55,377 bases of DNA from Candidatus Iainarchaeum sp. (lineage in GTDB: Archaea > Iainarchaeota > Iainarchaeia > Iainarchaeales > GCA-2688035). The notes under the pieces were generated by a model that saw only the letters and a list, made by a program, of their open reading frames with translations, was not told the DNA's origin and made no database searches. Positions within the stretch are counted from its first letter, which is position 1. The number at the start of each line of letters is the position of its first letter. Of the stretch, positions 1 to 8,994 are shown in pieces. The position numbers were made by a program, and so were the translations under genes. The stretch covers positions 1-55,377 of the forward strand of contig JAFCCO010000008.1 of assembly GCA_017610175.1 (NCBI GenBank), read 5' to 3'.

Positions 1-1
1 T

Positions 2-325
2 GAGGAAACAACACTGTCAGAATGGACACCACCAATCCCAGTAGCCGCAACAGAAATAAACCCAAAACCAACAACCTGCACAACAGACCAAGACTGCGAC
101 GACCAAGAACCCTGTACAAACCAACTATGCATAAACAGCCAATGCAGCTTTGTACCACTTCCAAACGGAACAAACTGCGGATACGGAAGGGAGTGCGAAA
201 ATGCCGAGTGCATTGAAATCGAAAAAGTACAGACCGCAAAAGAACAAAACCTTACCCCAATCTACATCGCAATAGCAATACTCCTAATCATCGGAGCGGT
301 AGCATACTACTACAAAAAGGCCTAA
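2..325 (+). CDS. 3' end of a secreted surface protein (Cys-rich module + C-terminal TM anchor); 5'-truncated by window edge
   Basis: Manual translation from base 2: EETTLSEWTPPIPVAATEINPKPTTCTTDQDCDDQEPCTNQLC...IYIAIAILLIIGAVAYYYKKA*. Clearly paralogous to the C-termini of 6630..8879 and 28032..33179. Not in the ORF track. Confidence 0.9.
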   Translation, partial: EETTLSEWTPPIPVAATEINPKPTTCTTDQDCDDQEPCTNQLCINSQCSFVPLPNGTNCGYGRECENAECIEIEKVQTAKEQNLTPIYIAIAILLIIGAVAYYYKKA

Positions 326-378
326 ACCCAACCAAAAAGAATTTAAAGCCTAAAACCCTTTTTTAAGCAGGTAATTAG

Positions 379-2217
379 ATGGTTAAACGAGAGTTTTTGC
401 TTGCTTTTCTGGTTGTTTCCCTGCTTGCGCCTGCACTTTTGGTTACTGCCGATGACGTAAGCTGTGGGAACGGACGGTGTGATGCCGGAGAAAACGCCTG
501 CACCTGTGCGGCAGACTGCGGAATATGTGGGGGCGATGTGCCGGAGGCAATAAAGAAATGCGCCTACTACGGCTGCAATGATGACAGCACAATCTGCCAG
601 GTTAACACAAAAACAAACTGCTGCGGAAACCTAATCTGTGAGGGCGAGGAAGATTACGCAAGCTGTGCAGTGGACTGCCTGCCAAAGTCACTTTCACTTG
701 AGCTAATTGAGCCCGACTTCAGCAAAAGTTTTTTCAGGGCCGAGGAAACACTTTTCAAGGTAAAGATTACAGGTGACGGAAAGAAGCTGCTTGCGGCGAA
801 CGTTGACCTAACCGCCCCTTTTGGAAAATTCAAGGTGCTAAACAACGGAAAGTACCCTGATGAAGACAGTTCCGATGGAATTTACACAATTATTTTTGTA
901 GTTGACGACAGCGTAGATGCAGGGAACAACCCGCTTCACCTTGAAGTTGAATTTCCAAAAACAGGGGACAACAGGGTGACACAGGACGCAAACTATGTTC
1001 TGAAGGTTGACCCAAACCTTGACGTTGCATTCAATACAACTGAGTCCTACACCCTCGGAGACGTTATTGACCTCGGAGGAACAATCTCCAAAAACGGAAG
1101 CAAGTTTTCACTGCCGCTTAACCTAAGGCTTTTTGACGGCAGAAGCACAATCTACGACAAAAATATTGTTTCAGGCGAAAACGGCGCGTTTGTTGCAAAC
1201 TACCACAGCAGCCTAATCGATCGGAATGGAATGTGGAAGGTTTCAATAGAGGGAATTGACGCAAACAGAAACACGGCCTCAGGGGAAAAAGAGTTTACAG
1301 TAATAATCCCGGGAACAGAGGAATTCTTTACAGTTGAACTTCTCACAGCAATTGAGGACTCCTACGAAAGGGGCGCGGACATTTCAATAATTGCAGTAGT
1401 GAAGGATTCAGGCGAAGAGGATGTTGAGGGTGCAGAGGTAAAGCTCTTCAGCCCGCTTAACGAAACAATTGAATTGGTGCAGCTTAAGCCAGGGCAGTAC
1501 AGCGGAACATACCACATCCCGTTTGGAATGCCTGTGGGCGCGCAAAGAATGGTGATTTCCGCCAGCAAGGGAGCGGAGGGAAGCTCTGTTTCGGGAAGCA
1601 CAGACATTGAATTTGAGGTAAACAAAACCGAAATAATTGTTGAGGTTGTTGAGCCAAGCGAAAGGCACTACCAGGCAGGAAACGACCTCGCCCCCGCGGT
1701 TTTCCTGAGTTACGCAAACGGGGAATGGGTTGTTGATGCAACAGTTACTGTTCTCATAAACAACAAGGAAGTTGAACTCACCCCGTCCAAAACAGGATTC
1801 TTTGAGGCAGAGTATATCCTGCAGGAAAAGGACATGGGAAGGTTTAGAATTTCGTTCAAGGCAGAGGACGCATTTGAAAACATGGGAAGCGCTGAAGCGG
1901 ACATTGAGGTAAGCGGCTTCTCGCTTGCGCACATAGTGCAGGAAAACCTTGGAACAATCCTTATCACAATCGCTGTTCTGGCAATAGTTTCGTTTGCGGC
2001 AAGAAGCTTTTACATGAGAATGACCGAAAAGGCAAGACTTGAGAAGCGCAAAAAGCAACTCACTGCACTGGAAACCGAGCTTCAGAAAAAGCATTTTGAG
2101 CAGGGCATTGTGAAAAACGACGAGTTTGCCGAGTTAACTGAAAAGTATGAGTCAGAGCTATACAACATCAACGAAAGGCTTAAGGAGTTAAAGAAGAGTG
2201 CAACAAAGAAAAAGTAA
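379..2217 (+). CDS. Secreted/membrane-anchored protein: Cys-rich N-terminal repeats, Ig-like domains, TM helix, cytoplasmic coiled coil
   Basis: Signal peptide; CGNGRCDAGENACTCAADCG-type repeats; NNGKYPDEDSSDGIYT motif; TM GTILITIAVLAIVSFAA; charged helical tail. Confidence 0.8.
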   Translation: MVKREFLLAFLVVSLLAPALLVTADDVSCGNGRCDAGENACTCAADCGICGGDVPEAIKKCAYYGCNDDSTICQVNTKTNCCGNLICEGEEDYASCAVDCLPKSLSLELIEPDFSKSFFRAEETLFKVKITGDGKKLLAANVDLTAPFGKFKVLNNGKYPDEDSSDGIYTIIFVVDDSVDAGNNPLHLEVEFPKTGDNRVTQDANYVLKVDPNLDVAFNTTESYTLGDVIDLGGTISKNGSKFSLPLNLRLFDGRSTIYDKNIVSGENGAFVANYHSSLIDRNGMWKVSIEGIDANRNTASGEKEFTVIIPGTEEFFTVELLTAIEDSYERGADISIIAVVKDSGEEDVEGAEVKLFSPLNETIELVQLKPGQYSGTYHIPFGMPVGAQRMVISASKGAEGSSVSGSTDIEFEVNKTEIIVEVVEPSERHYQAGNDLAPAVFLSYANGEWVVDATVTVLINNKEVELTPSKTGFFEAEYILQEKDMGRFRISFKAEDAFENMGSAEADIEVSGFSLAHIVQENLGTILITIAVLAIVSFAARSFYMRMTEKARLEKRKKQLTALETELQKKHFEQGIVKNDEFAELTEKYESELYNINERLKELKKSATKKK

Positions 2218-3391
2218 AATTTTTGTGCTGATTGCATTGGTCTGCATGTTTTCACTTGCCTTTGCCGCGCACGAAACAAGCAAGGAAAGCTACTCCAAGG
2301 GAGAAACCATTAGTGTAAGCGGTGAGTGCTTTGACAATGTGTCAATTTCAATTTCAAGCCTTGGAAGGCAAATCATTGGGCAGGATATTGCATGCCAGAA
2401 CTCGGCTTTTGCATTCGATTACGAAATACAATTTTATGACCCGGTTGGAATCTGGAGAATCAAAAGCTTGGAGGGGGCAAAAGAGGATTCCTCAACGGTA
2501 AGTGTAAAGCATGTGAGGGAAAGCCAGTTTTACCTCATCACATTCCTTAGCCCTGCAAAGGAAAGTTTTTACAGGAAGGAAATGGTTAACATCAGCGCAA
2601 GAATTCAGGATGCCGGGGCAAACGTTGAGGATGCCGAAGTGTTTACCTGGCTTCCAACAGGGGAAAAGGTAGTGCTTGCCCACAGAGGGGAAGGGGTTTA
2701 CGGCATTGATTACGAGATTTCCGCAAACGAAAGAATCGGGCCCTGGAAAATCACGGTTTCAGCCAAAAAGGAGTCTGACGCAGGGGTTTTTGGGGGGGAA
2801 AACAGCACAACGGTCCGCGTTGACAAGGCCCCGATAATAGTTGACCTGGTAAAACCAAACACCAAGGGCTTTAGTTTGGGAACAGACATTGAGGTTGAAA
2901 TAAACGTAAGCTACGAGGACGGAAGCACTCCCGAAAACATTAGCGCAACCGTTTTCTTTGACGGAACAGAAACAGAGATGGCAGGCCAGGGCAACGGAAT
3001 TTTCACGCACTCAATTCCCCTGACCAAGGAAGACCTTGGAATCAAAAAAATAATTGTAACCGTAAGCGACGAGTTTGAAAATGAGACCATGCTGGTTCAC
3101 GAAATAACGGTTTCGGAAAGCATTTTCTCACTTGCAATGGACCTCGCACCCTACCTTGTCGCAATCCTAATAGTTTTGGTGGTGGTAGCGGTTGTTGTTG
3201 TCCCCAGATTCAGGGAAAAGCAGGATGTAAGCTCTTTGGCAAAAAGACAGAAGCTGCTTGACTCAAAGGTAATAAAGCTTCAGACAGACTATTTTACAAA
3301 GGGAACTCTAAGCAAAACAGTTTACGACAAAAAAATCGCCAAATATGAGGTAGAACTTCGCGAAATAAAGAAAAAGTTAAAAATAAGGTAA
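2198..3391 (+). CDS. Membrane-anchored Ig-like domain protein, paralogue of upstream gene
   Basis: Signal peptide, beta-rich repeats, TM YLVAILIVLVVVAVVVV. The tail LAKRQKLL...LQTDYFTKG...YEVELREI matches LEKRKKQL...LQKKHFEQG...YESELYNI of 379..2217. Confidence 0.8.
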   Translation: MQQRKSKIFVLIALVCMFSLAFAAHETSKESYSKGETISVSGECFDNVSISISSLGRQIIGQDIACQNSAFAFDYEIQFYDPVGIWRIKSLEGAKEDSSTVSVKHVRESQFYLITFLSPAKESFYRKEMVNISARIQDAGANVEDAEVFTWLPTGEKVVLAHRGEGVYGIDYEISANERIGPWKITVSAKKESDAGVFGGENSTTVRVDKAPIIVDLVKPNTKGFSLGTDIEVEINVSYEDGSTPENISATVFFDGTETEMAGQGNGIFTHSIPLTKEDLGIKKIIVTVSDEFENETMLVHEITVSESIFSLAMDLAPYLVAILIVLVVVAVVVVPRFREKQDVSSLAKRQKLLDSKVIKLQTDYFTKGTLSKTVYDKKIAKYEVELREIKKKLKIR

Positions 3392-3418
3392 GCTCAATAG
3401 TTGTAGGTGAAAAGGAAA

Positions 3419-4315
3419 ATGGCTGGATTAATTAAAAAAATTCTTGGAAAAAAGGACACTGAAAAACCAAAAAAGCTTGCAAAGCCTGCAATCAAAAAGG
3501 TTGAGGTTCCAACCGAAGCAGACCTTGCTTCACAAAAGCTTTCCTCCAGCGCGCTTATAAAGAGAAACAATCCATGCAATGTTACAAAAAAAATTGAAAT
3601 TGCGCCAGTTAGGGTTGACAAGTTTGATTTGCTTCTCGCAGACCACGGCCTTGAAAAGGGAAGCACCACCCTAATAAGCGGCGGGGCAGGAACCGGGAAA
3701 ACAACTTTTTGCATGCAAAGCCTGTACAATGCCGCAAAGAGCGGGGAAAAATGCATTTACATTTCGTTTGAAGAGGAGCCTGCAAAAATAATGCAGCACA
3801 TGAAAAAAAACTTCGGCTGGGACTTCTGCAAATTTGAGAAAGCGGGAACTGTCGCAATAATCAAGATTGACCCCTCAAAGATTGCAAGAATGGTTGAGGG
3901 AATTCTTGCAAAAGAGGTTGGCGCGCTTAGAATAAAGCTGCCAAAGCTAGAGCTTCCGTTTGACCCTGACAGAATGTGCATTGACTCCCTTAGCGCTTTG
4001 TCCATTGCATTTGAGCACGAGGAAAGCTACAGGAAATACATTAGGGAATTGTTTGAAATGCTTGAGGGCTACAACTCAATAAACATTGTAATCGGTGAAA
4101 CAGAGCAGAACCCAACGGTTTACAGCAGAAGCGGGGTTGAAGAATTTTTGGCGGACGGAGTTATAGTACTCTACAATTTAAGAATTAGGGGAAAGAGAAA
4201 GAACGCGCTTGAAATCCTCAAAATGAGAAGCGGAAGCCATGTAAAAGACATTGTCCCATACAAACTTGGCCCAAAGGGCATTGAAATAAGGATTGACGAA
4301 GAGCTCGAAATATAG
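3419..4315 (+). CDS. RAD55/KaiC-like single-domain RecA-superfamily ATPase
   Basis: Walker A GGAGTGKT, YISFEE, IDSLS, GVEEFLADGVIVL, LEILKMR. ATG at 3419 preferred over GTG at 3407. Confidence 0.88.
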   Translation: MAGLIKKILGKKDTEKPKKLAKPAIKKVEVPTEADLASQKLSSSALIKRNNPCNVTKKIEIAPVRVDKFDLLLADHGLEKGSTTLISGGAGTGKTTFCMQSLYNAAKSGEKCIYISFEEEPAKIMQHMKKNFGWDFCKFEKAGTVAIIKIDPSKIARMVEGILAKEVGALRIKLPKLELPFDPDRMCIDSLSALSIAFEHEESYRKYIRELFEMLEGYNSINIVIGETEQNPTVYSRSGVEEFLADGVIVLYNLRIRGKRKNALEILKMRSGSHVKDIVPYKLGPKGIEIRIDEELEI

Positions 4316-4423
4316 GAGTTTTTTGCCCCCCGCACTGTTTGATGAATGTACTAATAACGTTTAAATAAGGCTATCAACCTTAAATTCCTAATAGGAACTG
4401 ATTGGAAAAAAAAGGTGCCTAAG

Positions 4424-5119
4424 ATGAGCCTAAACGCAATAGCATTTATCCCGGACGGTAACCGCAGGTATGCCAGAAAAGTCGGAATCAACTATGCCCA
4501 GGCATACACCCTTGGAACCGAGAAGGCGTGGGACGTAATCAACTGGCTGGGCGAATACCCAAAAATCAAAATGGGAACCTTTTACACACTCTCCCTTGAA
4601 AACCTCTCCAGAAACAGGCTTGAGCTCAAGGTTTTGTTCAAAATATTCGACCACGAGCTTGACAAGGTTTTCAGCAGGGGACTTTTTGAGGCACAGGGGG
4701 TAAAACTCAAATTCATGGGACGGCTTGACCTTCTCCCTTTAGGAACACGGAAGAGAATGGAGAAAGTTGAGGACTATACATCGGAATTTGACAAAAAGCA
4801 AATAAACCTTGCAATTGGATACAACGGGCAGGCGGAAATCGTTGACGCAGCCAAGAAATTTGCAGAAGACTGCAGCAGGGGCGCCTTTAATTCAGCAGAG
4901 CTCAATGAGGAGAAGTTTGCAAAATACCTTTACAACAGCTCTTCACCGGACCTTGTAATCAGGACAGGGGACACCCAAAGGCTTTCAGGATTCTTAACTT
5001 ACCAGAGCGCTTACAGCGAACTCTGCTTTTCTGAAAAGTTTTGGCCGGAGTTTGAGAAGCAGGACTTAAAAGAAGCGGTTAAAGACTTTGATTCAAGGGA
5101 GAGAAGGTTTGGAAAGTAG
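4424..5119 (+). CDS. uppS: cis-prenyltransferase (polyprenyl diphosphate synthase, UppS family)
   Basis: IPDGNRR, LSLENLSR, YNGQAEI, PDLVIRTG..RLSGF, FWPEF, C-terminal RRFG. ATG 4424 follows an AGGTG SD-like motif; GTG 4415 is the alternative start. Confidence 0.93.
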   Translation: MSLNAIAFIPDGNRRYARKVGINYAQAYTLGTEKAWDVINWLGEYPKIKMGTFYTLSLENLSRNRLELKVLFKIFDHELDKVFSRGLFEAQGVKLKFMGRLDLLPLGTRKRMEKVEDYTSEFDKKQINLAIGYNGQAEIVDAAKKFAEDCSRGAFNSAELNEEKFAKYLYNSSSPDLVIRTGDTQRLSGFLTYQSAYSELCFSEKFWPEFEKQDLKEAVKDFDSRERRFGK

Positions 5120-5155
5120 CTTTTTTATACTTTCCCTTGGAAAAATTAATTAGAT

Positions 5156-5228
5156 AGCCCCGTCGTCTAGTGGCCAAGGATCTTGGGTTCTGAGCCCAAG
5201 GACCAGAGTTCGAATCTCTGCGGGGCTA
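5156..5228 (+). tRNA. tRNA-Gln(CTG), intronless, CCA not encoded
   Basis: Acceptor stem AGCCCCG/CGGGGCT, anticodon arm TTGGG-TTCTGAG-CCCAA, T arm CAGAG-TTCGAAT-CTCTG, discriminator A. TTTATA about 28 nt upstream and a T-tract downstream. Confidence 0.96.
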
Positions 5229-5244
5229 TTTTTTACTTCTCTCC

Positions 5245-5289
5245 CAAAATTCATTCTGTTTGGCTGAATGCAAAAAAAAGTTTATAAAC
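5245..5289 (+). repeat. Diverged copy of 27954..28002 (3' end of TadC-like gene plus BRE/TATA promoter)
   Basis: caaaattcattctgtttggctgaatgc-A8-gtttata vs caaaatttctcctgtttggttgaatgc-A10-ggtttata; 23/27 identity before the A-tract. Confidence 0.75.
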
Positions 5290-5397
5290 TGTGAAGGCTT
5301 AATATAACAAGTGCAGGAACAAAACAGGGATAACATCAAATTTGATGGAACACAAGCCAGATTACCCAAAACCAAAATAAAAAGGGATGGAAAAAAA

Positions 5398-6633
5398 ATG
5401 CTTTCAAAAAACCAGGCTGGAGCAACAACCGCAATTACACTGATTACTGCGGGAATACTTGCAGTATTGTTATTAACACAAACAGCCACCATCCCACCAT
5501 TAACGGAAACGCCCTATGAAACAAAAGCAAACAAACAAGGGCAATATATTGATCTTGCAGGAGATGCAAACTTCACAGAAATTGTGTTAAATGACCAAAA
5601 CCCCACAGACCTCAGTACATTGAGAGCATGGAATACCAAAGCATTCCAAATTCCCGAAAAAAACGAAACAAAATGGAGGGTGTACCAAAAAAGAGTCCAT
5701 TTCTTTGACGGGGAAAAATGGATTGACCTAAACCGCATTTCCTTCCCAGCAATAGAAAAGAAAGAGTTCCTGCTTGAAGAAAAGCCGCCTTCCACAAACA
5801 CAAAAACAATAATTAAATCCCCCAACCCGCCTTTTGTGTGCTTCAACCAAAACTGCATTTCAGTGGAAGTGGCACTTTCGCAACAGGAAATTGCCTCCGG
5901 CTTGATGTTCAGAGAGCAACTGGCCCAAAACGCTGGAATGCTCATTACCTTCCCCCAACAAGCGCCCTGCCCAATCTGGATGCGCAACATCCAAATTCCA
6001 CTTGACATAATTTGGATGAATGCCGACAAAAAAGTGGTATTTATAAAGGAAAACGCCCTGCCCTGCGAAGCAAATGAATGCGAAACATTTACCCCAAACG
6101 AAGACGCAAAATTTGCCTTAGAAGTCAACGCAGGATTTGTTGAAGAAAACAAAATCACACCGGAAGAAAAAGCGGAATTCAGGAACATTCCCCAAAAGCA
6201 ATTCAAAACACAAAAAATCAGCACAACACGCTTCAAAATTGACAACTACCTACTGCACAAAGGTATTACCGCAAGCATAACTGAAACAAACGAAATTGTC
6301 TTTAAGGATGCGAAGCAAGCGGAAATCAAAAAAATTGCTTCGGCATATGCAATCGATTCAAAACAAGACTTAATAACCGGACACTATCTGCTGCTGCAAA
6401 AACAACAAGAATTGGAAATATTTGTGGACATTTCAAGCGAATGGCTGCAAAACGCAGAATACCCCATTACAATAGACCCTGACACAAATTATGCCGGCTC
6501 AAAAGCAGACGGATACCTGCAAAAGGGAACTGGCGGTTCACCCTGCGATTACACTCCTACAAGGGATACAATCCCCAGTTCACATACAACCGAGACACTA
6601 ATCTATATCGGCCAACAATTGTGGGGAATATGA
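5398..6633 (+). CDS. Exported protein with internal DUF192 domain; ends in the N-terminal part of a DNRLRE-like domain
   Basis: N-terminal hydrophobic segment. DUF192 motifs VEVA...GLMFREQL...GML...WMRNIQIPLDIIW...ALEVNAG (~5833-6180). WLQNAEYPITIDP followed by ADGYL...LIYIGQ. Confidence 0.75.
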   Translation: MLSKNQAGATTAITLITAGILAVLLLTQTATIPPLTETPYETKANKQGQYIDLAGDANFTEIVLNDQNPTDLSTLRAWNTKAFQIPEKNETKWRVYQKRVHFFDGEKWIDLNRISFPAIEKKEFLLEEKPPSTNTKTIIKSPNPPFVCFNQNCISVEVALSQQEIASGLMFREQLAQNAGMLITFPQQAPCPIWMRNIQIPLDIIWMNADKKVVFIKENALPCEANECETFTPNEDAKFALEVNAGFVEENKITPEEKAEFRNIPQKQFKTQKISTTRFKIDNYLLHKGITASITETNEIVFKDAKQAEIKKIASAYAIDSKQDLITGHYLLLQKQQELEIFVDISSEWLQNAEYPITIDPDTNYAGSKADGYLQKGTGGSPCDYTPTRDTIPSSHTTETLIYIGQQLWGI

Positions 6634-8879
6634 AAATGAAAAATATGCAAAAAAATGCAAAAAAAACGATTCAACTTTTCAGCATGATTCTCTTACTTGC
6701 AATTATCACCCCCCCTGTTTTTGCAGCACCCCCAATACCCTGCCCTGCAGCCCATTTTTTATACCACGGTTTTTTGACCTTTGACACCACCGCCATTTCA
6801 GGAACAATTACATCGGCAACGCTTGGACTAAAAACATACGATGATTTATCGATTACAGATTTCAACATAATGGTTTACAGCGGTAACGGAACAACTTGCT
6901 GGGGAAACAATAATTTGCAAACAAATGACTGGAACAGCTGTTACAATAATGGAACATACGACGGGGACTTAATGGATACAGCAAATTATCCCGGAGACTA
7001 CCAATTCGCAACAATGAACATAGAACCAAGCGTAATTAATAAAGACGGCAACACACAATTTGAATTAATAAGCAACAAAGACCTGGAAGCCATCGAACCT
7101 CCAGGATATGAGTATGTACTATTTTACTCCGCCAATTCAGATACCAATGTCCCATATCTTGAAATAACAACCCTCCCAGATAATACTGCTCCAGACTGCA
7201 ATATTTTGTCTGTTGGCGGTTTTTCCGATTCTTTGCCCTTGCAGTTTTCAGATGAGCGGGATGGGAATTTGACTGTTCGCTTTTTTGTTCATGATTCTGA
7301 TTCTGATGATTTGAATTTTAACATGTGGTATGGGGGTTCCCAGTCGGCAAAAACTACCGAGGTTGTTGGGGATTTGAATTTGAGTTCTGCGGTTTGTGAT
7401 TCGGACATTAACGGAGTTGAAGGGACTTATTGTGAGTGGGATGTGGAAACTGCAAGTGTTTCGGACGGAAACATTTTTGTCACAATTGAGGTAAACGACG
7501 GAACAGTTTCCGACACAAACTCAACCGAGTTCACCAGCGGAATTTTAATTGACAACACAGCGCCAACACTTTCCGAAAAATACCCCTCCGCCAATACATC
7601 AGACTCTGACACAACCCCGTTATTCTGGATAAAAATCACAGACGCCTCAGCAGGACCAAAAGGCTGTTACTACACTATACACGCCACAGACACAAACACA
7701 AGCCTGCAATGGGCAGACGTAAACGCTGACAACTACTGTGAATACACTCAAAACCCGCCGTTAAGCCACACAGAAACTGCAATGATAGAATGGCGCGGCA
7801 CAGACAACCTCGACAACAACTCAACCGACCAAAACACAGCAACATACACCTGCAACAACCCTCCACTCGAAGGTCCAGGTCAAGCCTACTGCGGAGACCG
7901 AGAATGCAACGGCAGAGAAACAGCTTCCACCTGTGCACTCGACTGCCCACCGGTATGCGGAGACAAAGCCTGCACCGGAAACGAATCATTCCTCACCTGC
8001 CCAATTGACTGCTTCGGATGCGGAGACGGAACATGCTCAACAACCGAAACCGCTTTAACCTGCCCGCAAGACTGCAAACCAACCTGCGGGGACAGAACCT
8101 GCGCTGCAGAAGAAAACTGCCTAACCTGCCCAACCGACTGCGGGCAATGCCTTGAAGAAACAACCATTTTTGAAAAAACAATCGAAAACCAGGCAACAGA
8201 AATGCAAATCGAAGAACTTACAGAACAAACAGGAAAATCCAAACAAGACACAATAGAAGCATTCAAAAAACTGCTTTTAAAAAGAAAAATCAAAGTCACA
8301 AAAGCACAAACCACCCCAACCCAAACAACCTACAAAACCACAATAACAATAAGCACCAAAAACACAACCACAAAAACACTCAAAAACGTGAAAATACTCG
8401 AAAACATCCCAAAAACAATAGCAGAAACCGCATCACAAATCAAAAGCAACCAAGAATTCAAAGTAATCCAAGAAGACCCAATAATCGAATTCACAATCCC
8501 AAACATTAACACAGAGCAAACAGCAGAAATAACCTATTTCATTGAAAAAAAAATAGAACAAGCAACACTCACAGAATGGACCCCCCCAATACCCACAGCA
8601 GCAACAGAAATAATTCCACGCCCAACAACCTGCTTGATTGACGCAGACTGCGACGACCAAGAACCCTGCACAAACCAGCAGTGCATAAACGGCGAATGCA
8701 GCTTCATCCCGCTTCCGGACAGAACAAACTGCGGATTCGGAATGGAATGCGAAAACGCAGAATGCACTGAAATAGAAAAAGTACAGACCGCAGAAAAACA
8801 AGACTTCACAACAATATACATCGCGATTGCAATACTCCTAATCATAGGGGCAGCAGCATGGCACTACAAAAAAATGTAA
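6630..8879 (+). CDS. Secreted, C-terminally anchored modular surface protein
   Basis: ATG overlaps the upstream stop (ATGA). Signal peptide ending PVFA; GFLTFDTTAISGTITSATL; DGNLT module; CGDxxC repeats; TM + HYKKM tail. Confidence 0.85.
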   Translation: MKMKNMQKNAKKTIQLFSMILLLAIITPPVFAAPPIPCPAAHFLYHGFLTFDTTAISGTITSATLGLKTYDDLSITDFNIMVYSGNGTTCWGNNNLQTNDWNSCYNNGTYDGDLMDTANYPGDYQFATMNIEPSVINKDGNTQFELISNKDLEAIEPPGYEYVLFYSANSDTNVPYLEITTLPDNTAPDCNILSVGGFSDSLPLQFSDERDGNLTVRFFVHDSDSDDLNFNMWYGGSQSAKTTEVVGDLNLSSAVCDSDINGVEGTYCEWDVETASVSDGNIFVTIEVNDGTVSDTNSTEFTSGILIDNTAPTLSEKYPSANTSDSDTTPLFWIKITDASAGPKGCYYTIHATDTNTSLQWADVNADNYCEYTQNPPLSHTETAMIEWRGTDNLDNNSTDQNTATYTCNNPPLEGPGQAYCGDRECNGRETASTCALDCPPVCGDKACTGNESFLTCPIDCFGCGDGTCSTTETALTCPQDCKPTCGDRTCAAEENCLTCPTDCGQCLEETTIFEKTIENQATEMQIEELTEQTGKSKQDTIEAFKKLLLKRKIKVTKAQTTPTQTTYKTTITISTKNTTTKTLKNVKILENIPKTIAETASQIKSNQEFKVIQEDPIIEFTIPNINTEQTAEITYFIEKKIEQATLTEWTPPIPTAATEIIPRPTTCLIDADCDDQEPCTNQQCINGECSFIPLPDRTNCGFGMECENAECTEIEKVQTAEKQDFTTIYIAIAILLIIGAAAWHYKKM
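7872..8879 (+). repeat. Shared ~1 kb C-terminal stalk/anchor module (copies at 32169..33179 and partially 2..325; diverged in the 3' part of 20057..23473)
   Basis: GPGQAYCGDRECNGRETASTCALDCPPVCGD is identical in protein and highly similar in DNA. The shared segment continues through VIQEDPIIEFTI to AAAWHYKKM*. Confidence 0.9.
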
Positions 8880-8994
8880 AAAGCCCGCTTAAAAACGATT
8901 GCTGTGCCCAAAATAAACCCTGTTCTGCATTGCTTTTAAAAATATTATTTACTTAAACTTATTGCTACATTGCCTGCATGCGAGGTTCTTTCAA

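Noticed and set aside
3419-4315. Circadian clock KaiC
   Set aside because: Single domain, no Ser/Thr at the phosphosite position (EEFLAD), and no kaiA/kaiB.
5156-8879. Integrative element at tRNA-Gln
   Set aside because: No integrase and no duplicated tRNA 3' end found by eye.
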